This document shows positions 10,413 through 19,854 of a stretch of 61,662 nucleotides of DNA, in pieces. Source of the DNA: a virus (taxonomy: Duplodnaviria; Caudoviricetes); IMG/VR virus record IMGVR_UViG_3300042343_000382, positions 1 to 61,662 of that record. One strand, given 5' to 3'. Position numbers and translations under genes: made by a program. Numbering within the stretch: position 1 is the first letter of the stretch; the number at the start of each line of letters is the position of its first letter. A model generated the notes under the pieces. That model was given only the letters and a program-made list of their open reading frames with translations. It made no database searches and was not told the origin of the DNA.

Positions 10413-10428
10413 TTTATTAAATTTTTTA

Positions 10429-10436
10429 CAAAGATA
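10429..10436 (-). promoter_or_regulatory. Bacteroidota-type -7 box (TATCTTTG)
   Basis: TAnnTTTG 16 nt upstream of ATG 10412. Confidence 0.65.
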
Positions 10437-10446
10437 TAAAATTATA

Positions 10447-10794
10447 TTATCTTTTCTTCAGAAAATATTTCATATCATTTAATACTAGAAGCATTGATAT
10501 AACACAGGTGCTAATCATTAGCCACTTTATATCTGGAAGCCAAAGACTAAACAGTCCTCCTGCAAATGTGCCTACAGCGGTCCTTACTATATCCATAACG
10601 TCAAAGTAAGACTTTATGATTACCGCCTGAGCCCACTCCCAAAAGAATCCTATCATCCCACCTATAAACGCAGAAACTAAAGGCACTCCAATAATTTTTC
10701 CGTCAAGTGTGTACTCTGCGAAATCTGTAACGCTGCCAATTAAATACATAATGGCAAACCCGATAAAAATGTGGAAGCTGTCCCTTAATTTCAT
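10447..10794 (-). CDS. Multi-pass membrane protein
   Basis: Four hydrophobic segments; D..H...G / WE..Q / D..D...T..G pattern shared with 36418..36693. Confidence 0.7.
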   Translation of the reverse strand: MKLRDSFHIFIGFAIMYLIGSVTDFAEYTLDGKIIGVPLVSAFIGGMIGFFWEWAQAVIIKSYFDVMDIVRTAVGTFAGGLFSLWLPDIKWLMISTCVISMLLVLNDMKYFLKKR

Positions 10795-10796
10795 AG

Positions 10797-12062
10797 TTAA
10801 ATATTATATGATGCTATTTGCCCACCAGTTGTTGCTACTGTACTAGCATTTTGTAATCTGTCTCCAATACTATTAGCAGTAAATCCACTTGCAATTAAAT
10901 AGTTCCAAAAATCTGCTGGTGTCATAAGTAAAGTTCCCGTTGTTGCATCTGTTCCAACACCTTGTAATACATTAGAAGGAGATGGTACAATTAAAGTTCC
11001 TGTAAGTTCACTTGAAGCACCATAAGTAGTTCCAAATCTTACATTGCTTGTTGCAGGATTACCTAAAGCTACACCTGCTGCATATAATGTTCTATTACCA
11101 CCTGTTGAGATTTGAAATAACCAACTTGATGTAGCAGTATCTATTGTAATTCTTGGTGCTATAATAGCCATTAAACCATTTGCATTTACAGGATTACCAC
11201 TAATCTTTACAAGTGTTCCAGATGCAGCAGCTGTGGTATAAGCAATAGAAACATTTATTGCAGGTTGCGTTGCACTTGATGTAGCAACTCCTGTTAATGA
11301 TATAGTAGCAGCACCTGTATTATTTAATAACCCCGAAACTGAAGTACCTCCTGTTATACTACCTATTATATTAACAGTAGAACCTATTGTATATATTCCT
11401 AAAGTAGCTCCACCTGTAATATTTCCTGTAACATTTAAAGTTGAATTTGAATTACAAATTACGGTAGCTGAACCACCTGCGTTAATTACACCTGAACTTG
11501 CTGTAATATCTCCTGTTACATTTACAGTGGCATTTGCATCTATTCTTAAAGTATTAGCAGCACCTGCTGCACTTGAAATAGTACTTGATAAATTACCAAT
11601 TACATTTAAAGTTCCTGTTGATGTAACATATATAATTTGTTTTGTAGCTGAACCATTATCTACTGTATAATTTCCTGTACAAGTTAATGTTCCTGTACCT
11701 GATAATTTTATAGCATTATAGTTGTTTGTATTTGTAAGTGTTAAAACAGAACCATTAAATATTGCAGTATTAGGACTTGCTAAAGTCATTTCTAATGTTG
11801 GAGTAGTTGAACCAACATAAATAGCTTGTGTAGCAGTACAAGTTAAATTACCACCATTAGCAAATCTAAATTGACCTCCAGCTAAAATAGTAGGTAATGC
11901 TGCATTTAATGTATTTCTAATTGATAAAACTGTAAATGTTCCATCAATAGTTACAGTAAAGTTATTTGAGAACACATCGTCTGCTGCTGTTGGCAGTGTA
12001 CCCCCATCCCAAGTTGCTGTATTGCTCCAGTTACCAGTTGCTACTGCATATCTTAAAGCCAT
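10797..12062 (-). CDS. Tail fibre/spike, likely beta-helix repeat protein
   Basis: T/G/N/A-rich repeats (LNVTGNITGG), N-terminal TGNWSNTATWDGG. Confidence 0.65.
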   Translation of the reverse strand: MALRYAVATGNWSNTATWDGGTLPTAADDVFSNNFTVTIDGTFTVLSIRNTLNAALPTILAGGQFRFANGGNLTCTATQAIYVGSTTPTLEMTLASPNTAIFNGSVLTLTNTNNYNAIKLSGTGTLTCTGNYTVDNGSATKQIIYVTSTGTLNVIGNLSSTISSAAGAANTLRIDANATVNVTGDITASSGVINAGGSATVICNSNSTLNVTGNITGGATLGIYTIGSTVNIIGSITGGTSVSGLLNNTGAATISLTGVATSSATQPAINVSIAYTTAAASGTLVKISGNPVNANGLMAIIAPRITIDTATSSWLFQISTGGNRTLYAAGVALGNPATSNVRFGTTYGASSELTGTLIVPSPSNVLQGVGTDATTGTLLMTPADFWNYLIASGFTANSIGDRLQNASTVATTGGQIASYNI

Positions 12063-12064
12063 AA

Positions 12065-12355
12065 TTAAAGATTTTTATCATTAATAAATGTCTGCAAAGC
12101 GCCCATTATTGTTGCTGCTGCATTTATAGCGTCTGCATCTCCACTTTCAAAAACATCCATATAAGTTATAGGAATAGAATTGTCAGGTAAACTTACTGAA
12201 CTTCCATCTTCTAAAACTCTATAAGGAGTTAATCTCATAGCTACGCTACCACCTATATCAGTTGGTTTAACTAATGGTGATATTGCTAAATTAACCATAA
12301 AATATGGATACTCTATTCCGTCTACTTCTATTGGGTTTGTACTTGTAATTGGCAT
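12065..12355 (-). CDS. Hypothetical protein in fibre module
   Basis: 96 aa, operon spacing. Confidence 0.65.
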   Translation of the reverse strand: MPITSTNPIEVDGIEYPYFMVNLAISPLVKPTDIGGSVAMRLTPYRVLEDGSSVSLPDNSIPITYMDVFESGDADAINAAATIMGALQTFINDKNL

Positions 12356-12360
12356 AATTT

Positions 12361-12690
12361 TTATGTATATATTGTTGTTTCTCTATCTGTCCAAGCTACG
12401 TTTGTAGCAGTTGCTACTGTGATTGAACCGCTTGTTAATATTGTTAATCTTGTTATAGTCCATACTGTTGCACTTTCACTTACACCTGTTCCTAAAGCCA
12501 CCCCACAATAGTTTATACTACTATTAGTAGAGTTGTTTGCATTTCTTCTTGTAGATGCATCTTGTTTATTAACAAGACCATTGTCAATATATGCTTTTAC
12601 AGCTTTCTGTGAAGGTACTAATAGATCACTATCTGCTGCTAACAGTGGATCTATATCTATTGGTACTCCTCTTGTTGTTCCTTGTGCCAT
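12361..12690 (-). CDS. Small tail-associated protein
   Basis: DSDLLVPSQKAVKAYID fibre-type motif. Confidence 0.55.
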   Translation of the reverse strand: MAQGTTRGVPIDIDPLLAADSDLLVPSQKAVKAYIDNGLVNKQDASTRRNANNSTNSSINYCGVALGTGVSESATVWTITRLTILTSGSITVATATNVAWTDRETTIYT

Positions 12691-12692
12691 AA

Positions 12693-13934
12693 TTATCTAC
12701 TTATTTCCTCCCAATCTAATGATGCAACAACTGTATCACTTGCACTATCAGAAGCAATTACAAGTGTAAGTTCAAAAGGCGTTGCTGTTAATCCATTTCT
12801 TTCTAACTGAAACTTAAATAACGCTTCTTTTAAAAGGTCAATCTGACTTGAACCTTGGTTTGTTGCATTAAAAAATCCACTTGCAAGTATTCTACCTCCC
12901 GCAAAAGTAGTTCCTGTTATATTGTATTCTAGAGAAGAGTTTGTTCCTGCACTAACCCAAGTTCCACCTGTTGTGGTTCCTGTTGCTATAAGTTGCCAAT
13001 TATACTTACCTGTAGTAATTGGCATTGCAGAAAGAGCTGAAAGTATTGCAATACCATCTAATCTTGTTGTTTTTAATCGTAAGCTTATTACAGGATAGAA
13101 TGTTCCTGCAGTTCCTAATGTTCTTGGAGAATTAATAGGAATACCAACTGCTTGTTGTAATCCATTAAGTTGGTAGCCACCCTCAGATAGCACAGTAGAG
13201 CATATCTGTTTTAATCTACTTGAACTAGCTGTAGCAGCTGTATTGGTTATTTCATATCGCAGTGGTAATGAAGCTGTTGTAATATATGTAGATGTAATTA
13301 GATTAGCATGCTGAAACTTATGACAAACATGAAAGTTACCATCTATAACAAACCCTATTCTAACTGTACCTACGCCTAACCACTCCAAATCCATAAATAG
13401 AATTTGAGCTTTTGTTAAATCAAGTGTTATTCCACTTGGACCTAAACCATTTAATGGATCAACATTCCAATTTGCTTGAGCAACAGGTGTATTTACTAAT
13501 GAACCTGAAACAGAACTTCTTTCAACAAAAGTTACTGCGCTGTCATTCTGTTCTAAATAATAACCATTAGCTGCCCCATAATAACCTACTCTTTGTCTAA
13601 GTCCTGTCTTAACAGCATTCATTACAAATGTAGATAATACAAGAAGACTTTTACCAGGTTGATATGAAAATACTTTTGTAGTTTCTCTAACTACCTCAGA
13701 ACCTGATGCTGCTGTTACACCTAAGTTAATTAGTCCTTCATTAGCATCAAATGTAGCAGATCCACTTACAGCAGTAGCTGTTGACCATAGTTCATTATCA
13801 TTAAATCTATGACTTGAATCAAATAGTGTAAATGGTTCACTAACTCTTAGTCTACCAAATGCATCCATATTTGGAGAGTTTGCATATGATATTGCTGGAC
13901 TTATTATACTGTAACCTGAATAGTTCTGTGCCAT
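12693..13934 (-). CDS. Virion structural protein, beta-sandwich/lectin-like
   Basis: DAFGRLRVSEPFTLFD and DLEWLGVGTVRIGF motifs recurrent in aquatic phage structural proteins. Confidence 0.6.
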   Translation of the reverse strand: MAQNYSGYSIISPAISYANSPNMDAFGRLRVSEPFTLFDSSHRFNDNELWSTATAVSGSATFDANEGLINLGVTAASGSEVVRETTKVFSYQPGKSLLVLSTFVMNAVKTGLRQRVGYYGAANGYYLEQNDSAVTFVERSSVSGSLVNTPVAQANWNVDPLNGLGPSGITLDLTKAQILFMDLEWLGVGTVRIGFVIDGNFHVCHKFQHANLITSTYITTASLPLRYEITNTAATASSSRLKQICSTVLSEGGYQLNGLQQAVGIPINSPRTLGTAGTFYPVISLRLKTTRLDGIAILSALSAMPITTGKYNWQLIATGTTTGGTWVSAGTNSSLEYNITGTTFAGGRILASGFFNATNQGSSQIDLLKEALFKFQLERNGLTATPFELTLVIASDSASDTVVASLDWEEISR

Positions 13935-13936
13935 AG

Positions 13937-14266
13937 TTATGATATTTCAGTACCCCACACCTGAAAGGCTAGACTACTATTTCCTGAATAAACTCTTATT
14001 TTATCTGTTGCTGCTAATGTAACACCTATTGTCGCAATAAATGTATCATTACCTGCAAGAAGTATATCGTAGTAAAGATAGTCTTTATTTGTTGTTGCTG
14101 CACCTCCTTGAGATATACTAACTCTAAATGAAGTTTGTGTAGCTGCTAAGTTGCATATTGATATAGAACTGCACACAGTAGACGTTGCCGCTGGTACAGT
14201 ATATAAATCTGTAGGTGTTGTTGCTGAAGGACTTACCTGCCCTAATATTTTGTATACGTTTGCCAT
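13937..14266 (-). CDS. Small virion structural protein
   Basis: TDLYTVPAAT...SISICN...LAATDKIRV pattern. Confidence 0.6.
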   Translation of the reverse strand: MANVYKILGQVSPSATTPTDLYTVPAATSTVCSSISICNLAATQTSFRVSISQGGAATTNKDYLYYDILLAGNDTFIATIGVTLAATDKIRVYSGNSSLAFQVWGTEIS

Positions 14267-14269
14267 AAT

Positions 14270-16429
14270 TTACGATCCCATTAATAAAAAATTTTGTTCA
14301 AATCCAACTGATTGTGCTGTAGCATTTAATGTTCCTCCTGATAAAGAAAGTCCTGTTCCTACAGTTATTTCTTCCATAACACCTGTACCTGCTGTACTTC
14401 TACCAATAAGTTTATTAGTAGCCATAGATGTAGATATATCAGGAGTAGATCCTCCTGATGATGTTATAGGACTTGTTGCGCTTACTGAAGTAACACCTGA
14501 AGTAATAAGACCATCAACATACTCTTTATCTACTAAACTTCTATTAGAATATAAGGCTGAATAGTCTGCAGCGTATTCTATTTTTACATCACTCTCCCAT
14601 TTAACACCTGATATTCCTTTGAGATAATGACTTACCGCTGGGTTTAAATATGATGTTAATGTTTTATTATTACTTAAAACAATATTTCCTGTTGAATAAA
14701 TATCAATAATAGATAAATTACCTCCTTGTATATTGCTTCCAGAGTCTACAAAAAAACCATTGTTATTAGCTGATATTCTTTTAATATTAGACCCTGCACT
14801 TTCAGAATGAAAAGTTAATACTTCATTACCCAATGGATCAAAAAATGACATTGATTTTGTAATACCTGCTATAGATTTTACTTTAATATCTCCCCTTGTC
14901 GCATCTAATATAATTGTAGCGTCAGTAGAGTTATTGTATGCATTTTGCAGTGTTAAATTTGCTGTGGTTACATATGTATTACCTGCTATTTGTTTTACAT
15001 TACCCGAAGTATCTCTCATTAAGAGAAAATCAGATGTTGTTCCTGTATCAGGTGTTTGTGTAAACTTTAACTTTCCTGTAGAAAAAACTCTTAATCCTTC
15101 ATTTACATAAGTAGCTCCTGTTTTAATTGCAAACTCTCCTTTTGATTGTATTTCAAATCCATCTGTTTGATTATCAGAAACTATAAATGATGGTTGCGAA
15201 AACCCTGGGTTTCCCAATATAAAATCAATTTGTGATTGTGCTCTTTGTAAAGAGAACATTGTATTACCATTTATATAAGGTCTTGCAAAATCATTAATAA
15301 CAACAACATTACTTCTTTGAGAAACTTTTGAATTACCAATGGTTGTTGGAGAATTCCATATAGGCAAACGATTAGTAGTACCTACTCCTGTAATACCTGT
15401 AACAGTAGGAGATGATAAAACATACGCTGATCCATTCCAAGAGTAAAAAAATCCTGTATCAAGTGCTATATATATAGTTCCTATAACTCCTGTTACAGGG
15501 AAAGACGCTAAGTCAGGATACTCAACTACGTTATCTTGTGTTAAAAAAGGAACGTCATTAGTAAGCTGCGATGTAAGCGTTGGAATTGTAGGTTTATTAA
15601 GTATCTGATTGTTACCACTTGTTGCATTCCAATCTGCTGGTTGTTGAACAAGCGGATAACCTGCACCTAAATTAGTCCAATATAAAGCATTAGTTGGCAG
15701 CAATGAGTCATTACTGGCTATACATCTGTATACATTACCAAGATACCAAACTACATCTCCTACTACATATTGGTTGTTTGTTATAGCTAAATGGTCTGTT
15801 GTAAATGGTAACGCTACAAGCGTTGGAGCAATTATCTGAGACGATATATAATTTATCAAATCTGTCTGATCCTCTATATCTCCAGTTATACTTCCCCACA
15901 CTGGCGGTGGAATATCCTGAACCTTATCGACCAAGCTAACTAGGTAGTCAAGATCCTCAGATATGAATCCGTTACCAGCCAAGAAATCAACCGTAACAAC
16001 AAAGAAGTTTGTGTTAGGTATCCAAGGCTCTATACTTGTTATCTTGTAGTATCCAAATATGTTTATGTTGCTAGCCTTAGACAGCAAGACCTTCCCGTCT
16101 ACCAAGAAGTCTAGATACTGAGTCACCGTGTTGCCCTTCAGCGTGTTCTTGGCTATAAGAAATGTTGTGATTGCAGAGAAGTTAACCTGAGGTCCTATCT
16201 CTGTCTCGAAAGATATAGTGCCCTGCTCCCTAGCCTCTCCAGGCAGTAGCGTCTGGTACCTGTAACGTATAGACGTTCCAATATCTATAACGTTGTTTTC
16301 GTTAAAGAAGATGGCTAAATTGTTTGGCGTGAAGTTCTTTGTTATCAGAAAGTTCTGAGCATCAGATCCTATCCACTTGTCGTTACCAGTTATGTTAACG
16401 TCCGTACTATACTGACTTATCTTTGTCAT
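14270..16429 (-). CDS. Tail fibre protein
   Basis: 719 aa mosaic with WGSITGDIEDQTDL, ADWNATSG..ILNKPTIP, FP.TG..G.IY and VGTGLSLSGGTL fibre motifs. Confidence 0.75.
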   Translation of the reverse strand: MTKISQYSTDVNITGNDKWIGSDAQNFLITKNFTPNNLAIFFNENNVIDIGTSIRYRYQTLLPGEAREQGTISFETEIGPQVNFSAITTFLIAKNTLKGNTVTQYLDFLVDGKVLLSKASNINIFGYYKITSIEPWIPNTNFFVVTVDFLAGNGFISEDLDYLVSLVDKVQDIPPPVWGSITGDIEDQTDLINYISSQIIAPTLVALPFTTDHLAITNNQYVVGDVVWYLGNVYRCIASNDSLLPTNALYWTNLGAGYPLVQQPADWNATSGNNQILNKPTIPTLTSQLTNDVPFLTQDNVVEYPDLASFPVTGVIGTIYIALDTGFFYSWNGSAYVLSSPTVTGITGVGTTNRLPIWNSPTTIGNSKVSQRSNVVVINDFARPYINGNTMFSLQRAQSQIDFILGNPGFSQPSFIVSDNQTDGFEIQSKGEFAIKTGATYVNEGLRVFSTGKLKFTQTPDTGTTSDFLLMRDTSGNVKQIAGNTYVTTANLTLQNAYNNSTDATIILDATRGDIKVKSIAGITKSMSFFDPLGNEVLTFHSESAGSNIKRISANNNGFFVDSGSNIQGGNLSIIDIYSTGNIVLSNNKTLTSYLNPAVSHYLKGISGVKWESDVKIEYAADYSALYSNRSLVDKEYVDGLITSGVTSVSATSPITSSGGSTPDISTSMATNKLIGRSTAGTGVMEEITVGTGLSLSGGTLNATAQSVGFEQNFLLMGS

Positions 16430-17002
16430 TTATTTTTTTAAATTTATCTTCCAATACGTACCCAAACCGTAAGTAAGTGTACCATCAAAATTAACTCCAA
16501 CATTCAACTGATATACTCTGTCCTTCCTGTCCTTGTACAATAACCCAGGGGTTATTATCTGTAGGGATCTCCTGTCACCAAACAAGTTACCTCCTATGTA
16601 AAGCTGTCTGTTTGGTTGTTGTGCTTTAATAATCGTACTTGTCTTGGTAACAAGAGGTATTTTGTAATCCTTGAATATAGTTCTCTTTCCTAACCTATTC
16701 TGAAACACTGTATCTATAATGGTTAAACTTCCTATGGTATCTATACTTATTGTATCTCTATACACAGTCTGCCTGTTGTACTCCTTGTTACATGTGTCCA
16801 CGCTTGTAAATATAGTCTCCTTTACTGGAATATACTTAATGCTGACAACCTTTACATTTTTTGTAATAGTATCCTTAGTTTCCTTCCAAATTGTGTCAGT
16901 CTTTACGTACGTTGTCTCCTTGCTATCAACATTACAGCAGCTACGCATTAAGATTATAACAACTACTAACGCGACTATTACTATGTATGGTATCTTATTC
17001 AT
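16430..17002 (-). CDS. Membrane-anchored lysis accessory protein (spanin-like)
   Basis: N-terminal hydrophobic helix ending RSCC, DT repeats, beta-rich C-terminus; adjacent to endolysin. Confidence 0.55.
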   Translation of the reverse strand: MNKIPYIVIVALVVVIILMRSCCNVDSKETTYVKTDTIWKETKDTITKNVKVVSIKYIPVKETIFTSVDTCNKEYNRQTVYRDTISIDTIGSLTIIDTVFQNRLGKRTIFKDYKIPLVTKTSTIIKAQQPNRQLYIGGNLFGDRRSLQIITPGLLYKDRKDRVYQLNVGVNFDGTLTYGLGTYWKINLKK

Positions 17003-17493
17003 TATTTAAAAAATAAGTCCGACTCTGTCTTTCTCCTTCTAACTAAACCATTCAGCCTTACTCCGTTTGCTGTTATATACTTTGTCTCGAACCACTTCCT
17101 TATCTGCTCCTCTGGAGCTTTCTTATTTATCAACTTAAAAAGTGTGTCAGATCCTCCAGTGTTGTACGTATGGCTTACTAGGGAATCGTACTGATTCTGT
17201 GTTAGCAATATTTTTATCTTAGATGAAACTATCCTTTCAAAGACTCTTAAGTCTTCAATAAGCGCCTGATCAGCCTCTTGTTTATTATTTATTGTAATGC
17301 TAGCGTAAGCCTCTTTTTTATCTTTAGTTCCCTTTAAAAACACACCATCTTTATTTCTCATAGCCCTTCCATACCCCTCTGTCCAAACTTTAGCTGGACA
17401 CATCTTAGGTTGTAGCCCTATCGTTGACAGGTCGCCATCGTGCAGCGATTCAAACTCCTTGATAAGGTTGATACCTACTATACTGGTCCTCAT
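17002..17493 (-). CDS. Endolysin, GH24 phage lysozyme
   Basis: IKEFE...CPAKVWTEGYG, LTQNQYDSLVS..YNTG, GLVRRRKTE. Confidence 0.9.
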   Translation of the reverse strand: MRTSIVGINLIKEFESLHDGDLSTIGLQPKMCPAKVWTEGYGRAMRNKDGVFLKGTKDKKEAYASITINNKQEADQALIEDLRVFERIVSSKIKILLTQNQYDSLVSHTYNTGGSDTLFKLINKKAPEEQIRKWFETKYITANGVRLNGLVRRRKTESDLFFK

Positions 17494-17819
17494 TTTAAAG
17501 AGAATAACTTAAGTATAAGGGTAACTAAAGCACCGAATATAATGACAAACGCCACCTTGAACTGGTTAACGTATACAGATATCTCTCCCTTGAATGTCTC
17601 AAGGTCCTCAACCCTCTCGTCTATATCGTTGATCTGCTTGACTATGCCCTTGTTTCCATTAAGTGCACTTCCAGTCAGGGCGTTCTGTATATTTAAAAGA
17701 ACAGTGGTCTTGTCTATATCGCTATCCTTTAGTAGCCTAAGGTGCTGCTCGATCCTGTCGAGGCGCTCACTATATTCCTTGTCCGTCATTATTATTTCTT
17801 GATTTATTGTATGCAACAA
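17490..17819 (-). CDS. Coiled-coil protein with C-terminal TM helix (holin/antiholin-like; likely start at MTDKEY)
   Basis: Heptads followed by VAFVIIFGALVTLIL; within lysis cassette. Confidence 0.55.
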   Translation of the reverse strand: MLHTINQEIIMTDKEYSERLDRIEQHLRLLKDSDIDKTTVLLNIQNALTGSALNGNKGIVKQINDIDERVEDLETFKGEISVYVNQFKVAFVIIFGALVTLILKLFSLK

Positions 17820-17982
17820 CTGAATCTAATACGGTCTGACTTCCAAGGTAAGCCACTGCTATAAGCGTCCAGTCTGATGACTCAAGGTCAGCAAGCCAGA
17901 GCAGTAGCGTGGCGGTAAGGAATACAAAAAGCTTCCTGCTTATCCACTTGTTGATCAGCGTGTCTAGGTTCTTTCTACTCAT
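17770..17982 (-). CDS. Putative holin
   Basis: 70 aa, two TM segments, SRKLFVF motif, near the lysozyme. Confidence 0.65.
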   Translation of the reverse strand: MSRKNLDTLINKWISRKLFVFLTATLLLWLADLESSDWTLIAVAYLGSQTVLDSVVAYNKSRNNNDGQGI

Positions 17983-17983
17983 C

Positions 17984-18463
17984 TTACCAGAGTGCTACTA
18001 GGTCTGTTAAACTAGTTCCAGTTTTAATTACTCTCAACACATTTACAGGAAGTATTGTGCTTGCATTTGCATCACCACATTCAGTAAAAGTAATAATATC
18101 ACCACCTACTGTTAAAACTTTTAAATCATTTGGTTCTTGTGCAGGAATATACAACGCACAACCTTGGTTATTATCTGAGTTGTAGATGGCATATCCTTCT
18201 CCAGAAACGAACTTGTCTGAATCTAAAACCAATGTTCCAGAATTTACAAAACCGATAACATTAGCATTAGTGTTATCTGTAGTGTTCACAACAATAGCAC
18301 CTAATAGGTTAGTTGTAAAGTTAGCTGTTGAATCAATTAATTGAAATGTATCAGTTCCATCAGCAGTTCCTGTCATACCAAGCCCTGCTGGATTATGAAT
18401 GTTTACTGTGTCGCTTTGAATTACGTTGATCGCTCTCCCGTAGTGTGTCTTTAAAAACTTCAT
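17984..18463 (-). CDS. Virion structural/decoration-like protein
   Basis: C-terminal ILPVNVLRV..TGT...DLVALW; inserted LIDSTANF...VVNTTD domain. Confidence 0.55.
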   Translation of the reverse strand: MKFLKTHYGRAINVIQSDTVNIHNPAGLGMTGTADGTDTFQLIDSTANFTTNLLGAIVVNTTDNTNANVIGFVNSGTLVLDSDKFVSGEGYAIYNSDNNQGCALYIPAQEPNDLKVLTVGGDIITFTECGDANASTILPVNVLRVIKTGTSLTDLVALW

Positions 18464-18612
18464 TTTTTATATAGTATTTTGTTAATTTTTAGTGATGGGT
18501 TGTTAAGCTTTTCTTTTCTAGCTCCGCATCCGCATTTCCCCTTTGTAGCCTTATCGACAAGGGATTTAATACCTGTCAACTTTGTGATCTTCTCGATGTC
18601 GTCTCCTAACAT
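18460..18612 (-). CDS. Small basic protein (50 aa, CGC motif)
   Basis: Manual translation MLGDDIEKITKLTGIKSLVDKATKGKCGCGARKEKLNN...; ATGA overlap with next gene. Confidence 0.7.
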   Translation of the reverse strand: MLGDDIEKITKLTGIKSLVDKATKGKCGCGARKEKLNNPSLKINKILYKK

Positions 18613-18722
18613 ATCTTCTTATTTTTAGTTACCTTACCAACGTTGCCCTTTAGGTACTTCATCTTACCATCAAGTGAAGCCTTTGACTCGTACTGCCTTG
18701 CCTTTGCTATTATTTTTTTCAT
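18606..18722 (-). CDS. Small basic protein (38 aa)
   Basis: MKKIIAKARQYESKASLDGKMKYLKGNVGKVTKNKKIC; fills gap with overlapping start/stop. Confidence 0.55.
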   Translation of the reverse strand: MKKIIAKARQYESKASLDGKMKYLKGNVGKVTKNKKIC

Positions 18723-19054
18723 ACCTTAGATACTCTTTTACCCATCCCTACCTTAGACTTCTCAGTCTTTTTTTGTTTTAACTGACTAGAACTCATCTCA
18801 GACCTTGTCTTTGGAGTCTCACTCGAAACCCTCTTAGTTGGTCTGCAGTACTCGTTCTTTCCTCCTGCACCACACGCCTTGTTTGTTCTTGTGTCAACCC
18901 ACTTCTCGCTCTCCCATCTCTTTAAGTCCTTACCAGCCTCTGTCTTCTTTACGTTCCCAGATGCCTTCCTGCACTTGGCTATAGCCTGAGATGCCCTTGC
19001 GGATGGGAACACATCGTAGCTAGACTTTACCTTCTTGTAGCATGCGTCCTTCAT
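18719..19054 (-). CDS. Small basic protein
   Basis: K/R-rich, LKRW..EKWVD...CRP..RVS..TPKT motif. Confidence 0.75.
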   Translation of the reverse strand: MKDACYKKVKSSYDVFPSARASQAIAKCRKASGNVKKTEAGKDLKRWESEKWVDTRTNKACGAGGKNEYCRPTKRVSSETPKTRSEMSSSQLKQKKTEKSKVGMGKRVSKV

Positions 19055-19344
19055 TAGTACTTACCTCTTTTACTTTTTGGACTTGGCGTGGTGTTTCCAC
19101 CCTTGCCTCCCCATAAATCCTTACACGCCCAGTGCCTTGCTGTTAACTTACTGTCCGCAGTGTCACACTTATGCCTTGCCTTGAATGACTTACGAGCAGC
19201 GTCAGAGTAATTATTTCCGTACCCAGACGCTCCGTAGTGAATGAGTTTCTCCTGCCCGTTCTCACAAGCCTTGACCATTCTCTTCTTCCCTGCTCTGTCG
19301 CTCTTCTGAGGAGCGTTGCACTTCATCTTACTTTTTTCCGCCAT
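19054..19344 (-). CDS. Small basic protein
   Basis: K/R-rich, RKSFKARHKC...ARHWAC motif. Confidence 0.75.
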   Translation of the reverse strand: MAEKSKMKCNAPQKSDRAGKKRMVKACENGQEKLIHYGASGYGNNYSDAARKSFKARHKCDTADSKLTARHWACKDLWGGKGGNTTPSPKSKRGKY

Positions 19345-19606
19345 TCCCTCTTGCTCTTTTGTCTCCAGGCATTGCAGTTCGCGAACCGCGATTTACTGAA
19401 GCCTTCTGTAATTTTATTCCTGACTTGGTATGAGCAACGTCCTTACCATCACCGTTCCCATACGTCCCACGCTTGCGGTTCTCAGCATTGAGTTCAACAC
19501 GCTTCTTAACCTCACGGTCCTGCTTGTTGTACTCAGCCTGGTAGGCAAGTCTTTTCTTCCTTGAGTCGGGGTTATCCTTATAAAATTTGGCTGTCCTACC
19601 TGGCAT
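19328..19606 (-). CDS. Small basic protein, degenerate HNH-like
   Basis: GDGKDVAH...S.NR motif, strongly basic. Confidence 0.6.
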   Translation of the reverse strand: MPGRTAKFYKDNPDSRKKRLAYQAEYNKQDREVKKRVELNAENRKRGTYGNGDGKDVAHTKSGIKLQKASVNRGSRTAMPGDKRARGNGGKK

Positions 19607-19608
19607 TG

Positions 19609-19719
19609 TTACTTTTTCTTTTTAGCCATCATCATCTTCTCCTTCATCATCGCCATCTTGTCATTCTTCATACCTTTAGATTTCTCTACTACTACTTTTT
19701 TTGTAACTTTTGCTTTCAT
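19609..19719 (-). CDS. Lys/Met-rich micro-protein (36 aa)
   Basis: MKAKVTKKVVVEKSKGMKNDKMAMMKEKMMMAKKKK; tight operon spacing. Confidence 0.55.
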   Translation of the reverse strand: MKAKVTKKVVVEKSKGMKNDKMAMMKEKMMMAKKKK

Positions 19720-19725
19720 AATTAT

Positions 19726-19854
19726 TTATTTTTTTTGTTTTTTACTGCATTTAGATAAAGCAATTGCTACAGCTTGCTTCTGTGGCTTGCCAGATTTCAT
19801 CTCTGTTCTTATGTTTGAGCTTATCGTTTTAGATGAGCAACCTTTTTTTAACAT
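19726..19854 (-). CDS. Small basic protein (42 aa)
   Basis: MLKKGCSSKTISSNIRTEMKSGKPQKQAVAIALSK..., QAVAIAL motif of a widespread small phage family. Confidence 0.7.
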   Translation of the reverse strand: MLKKGCSSKTISSNIRTEMKSGKPQKQAVAIALSKCSKKQKK

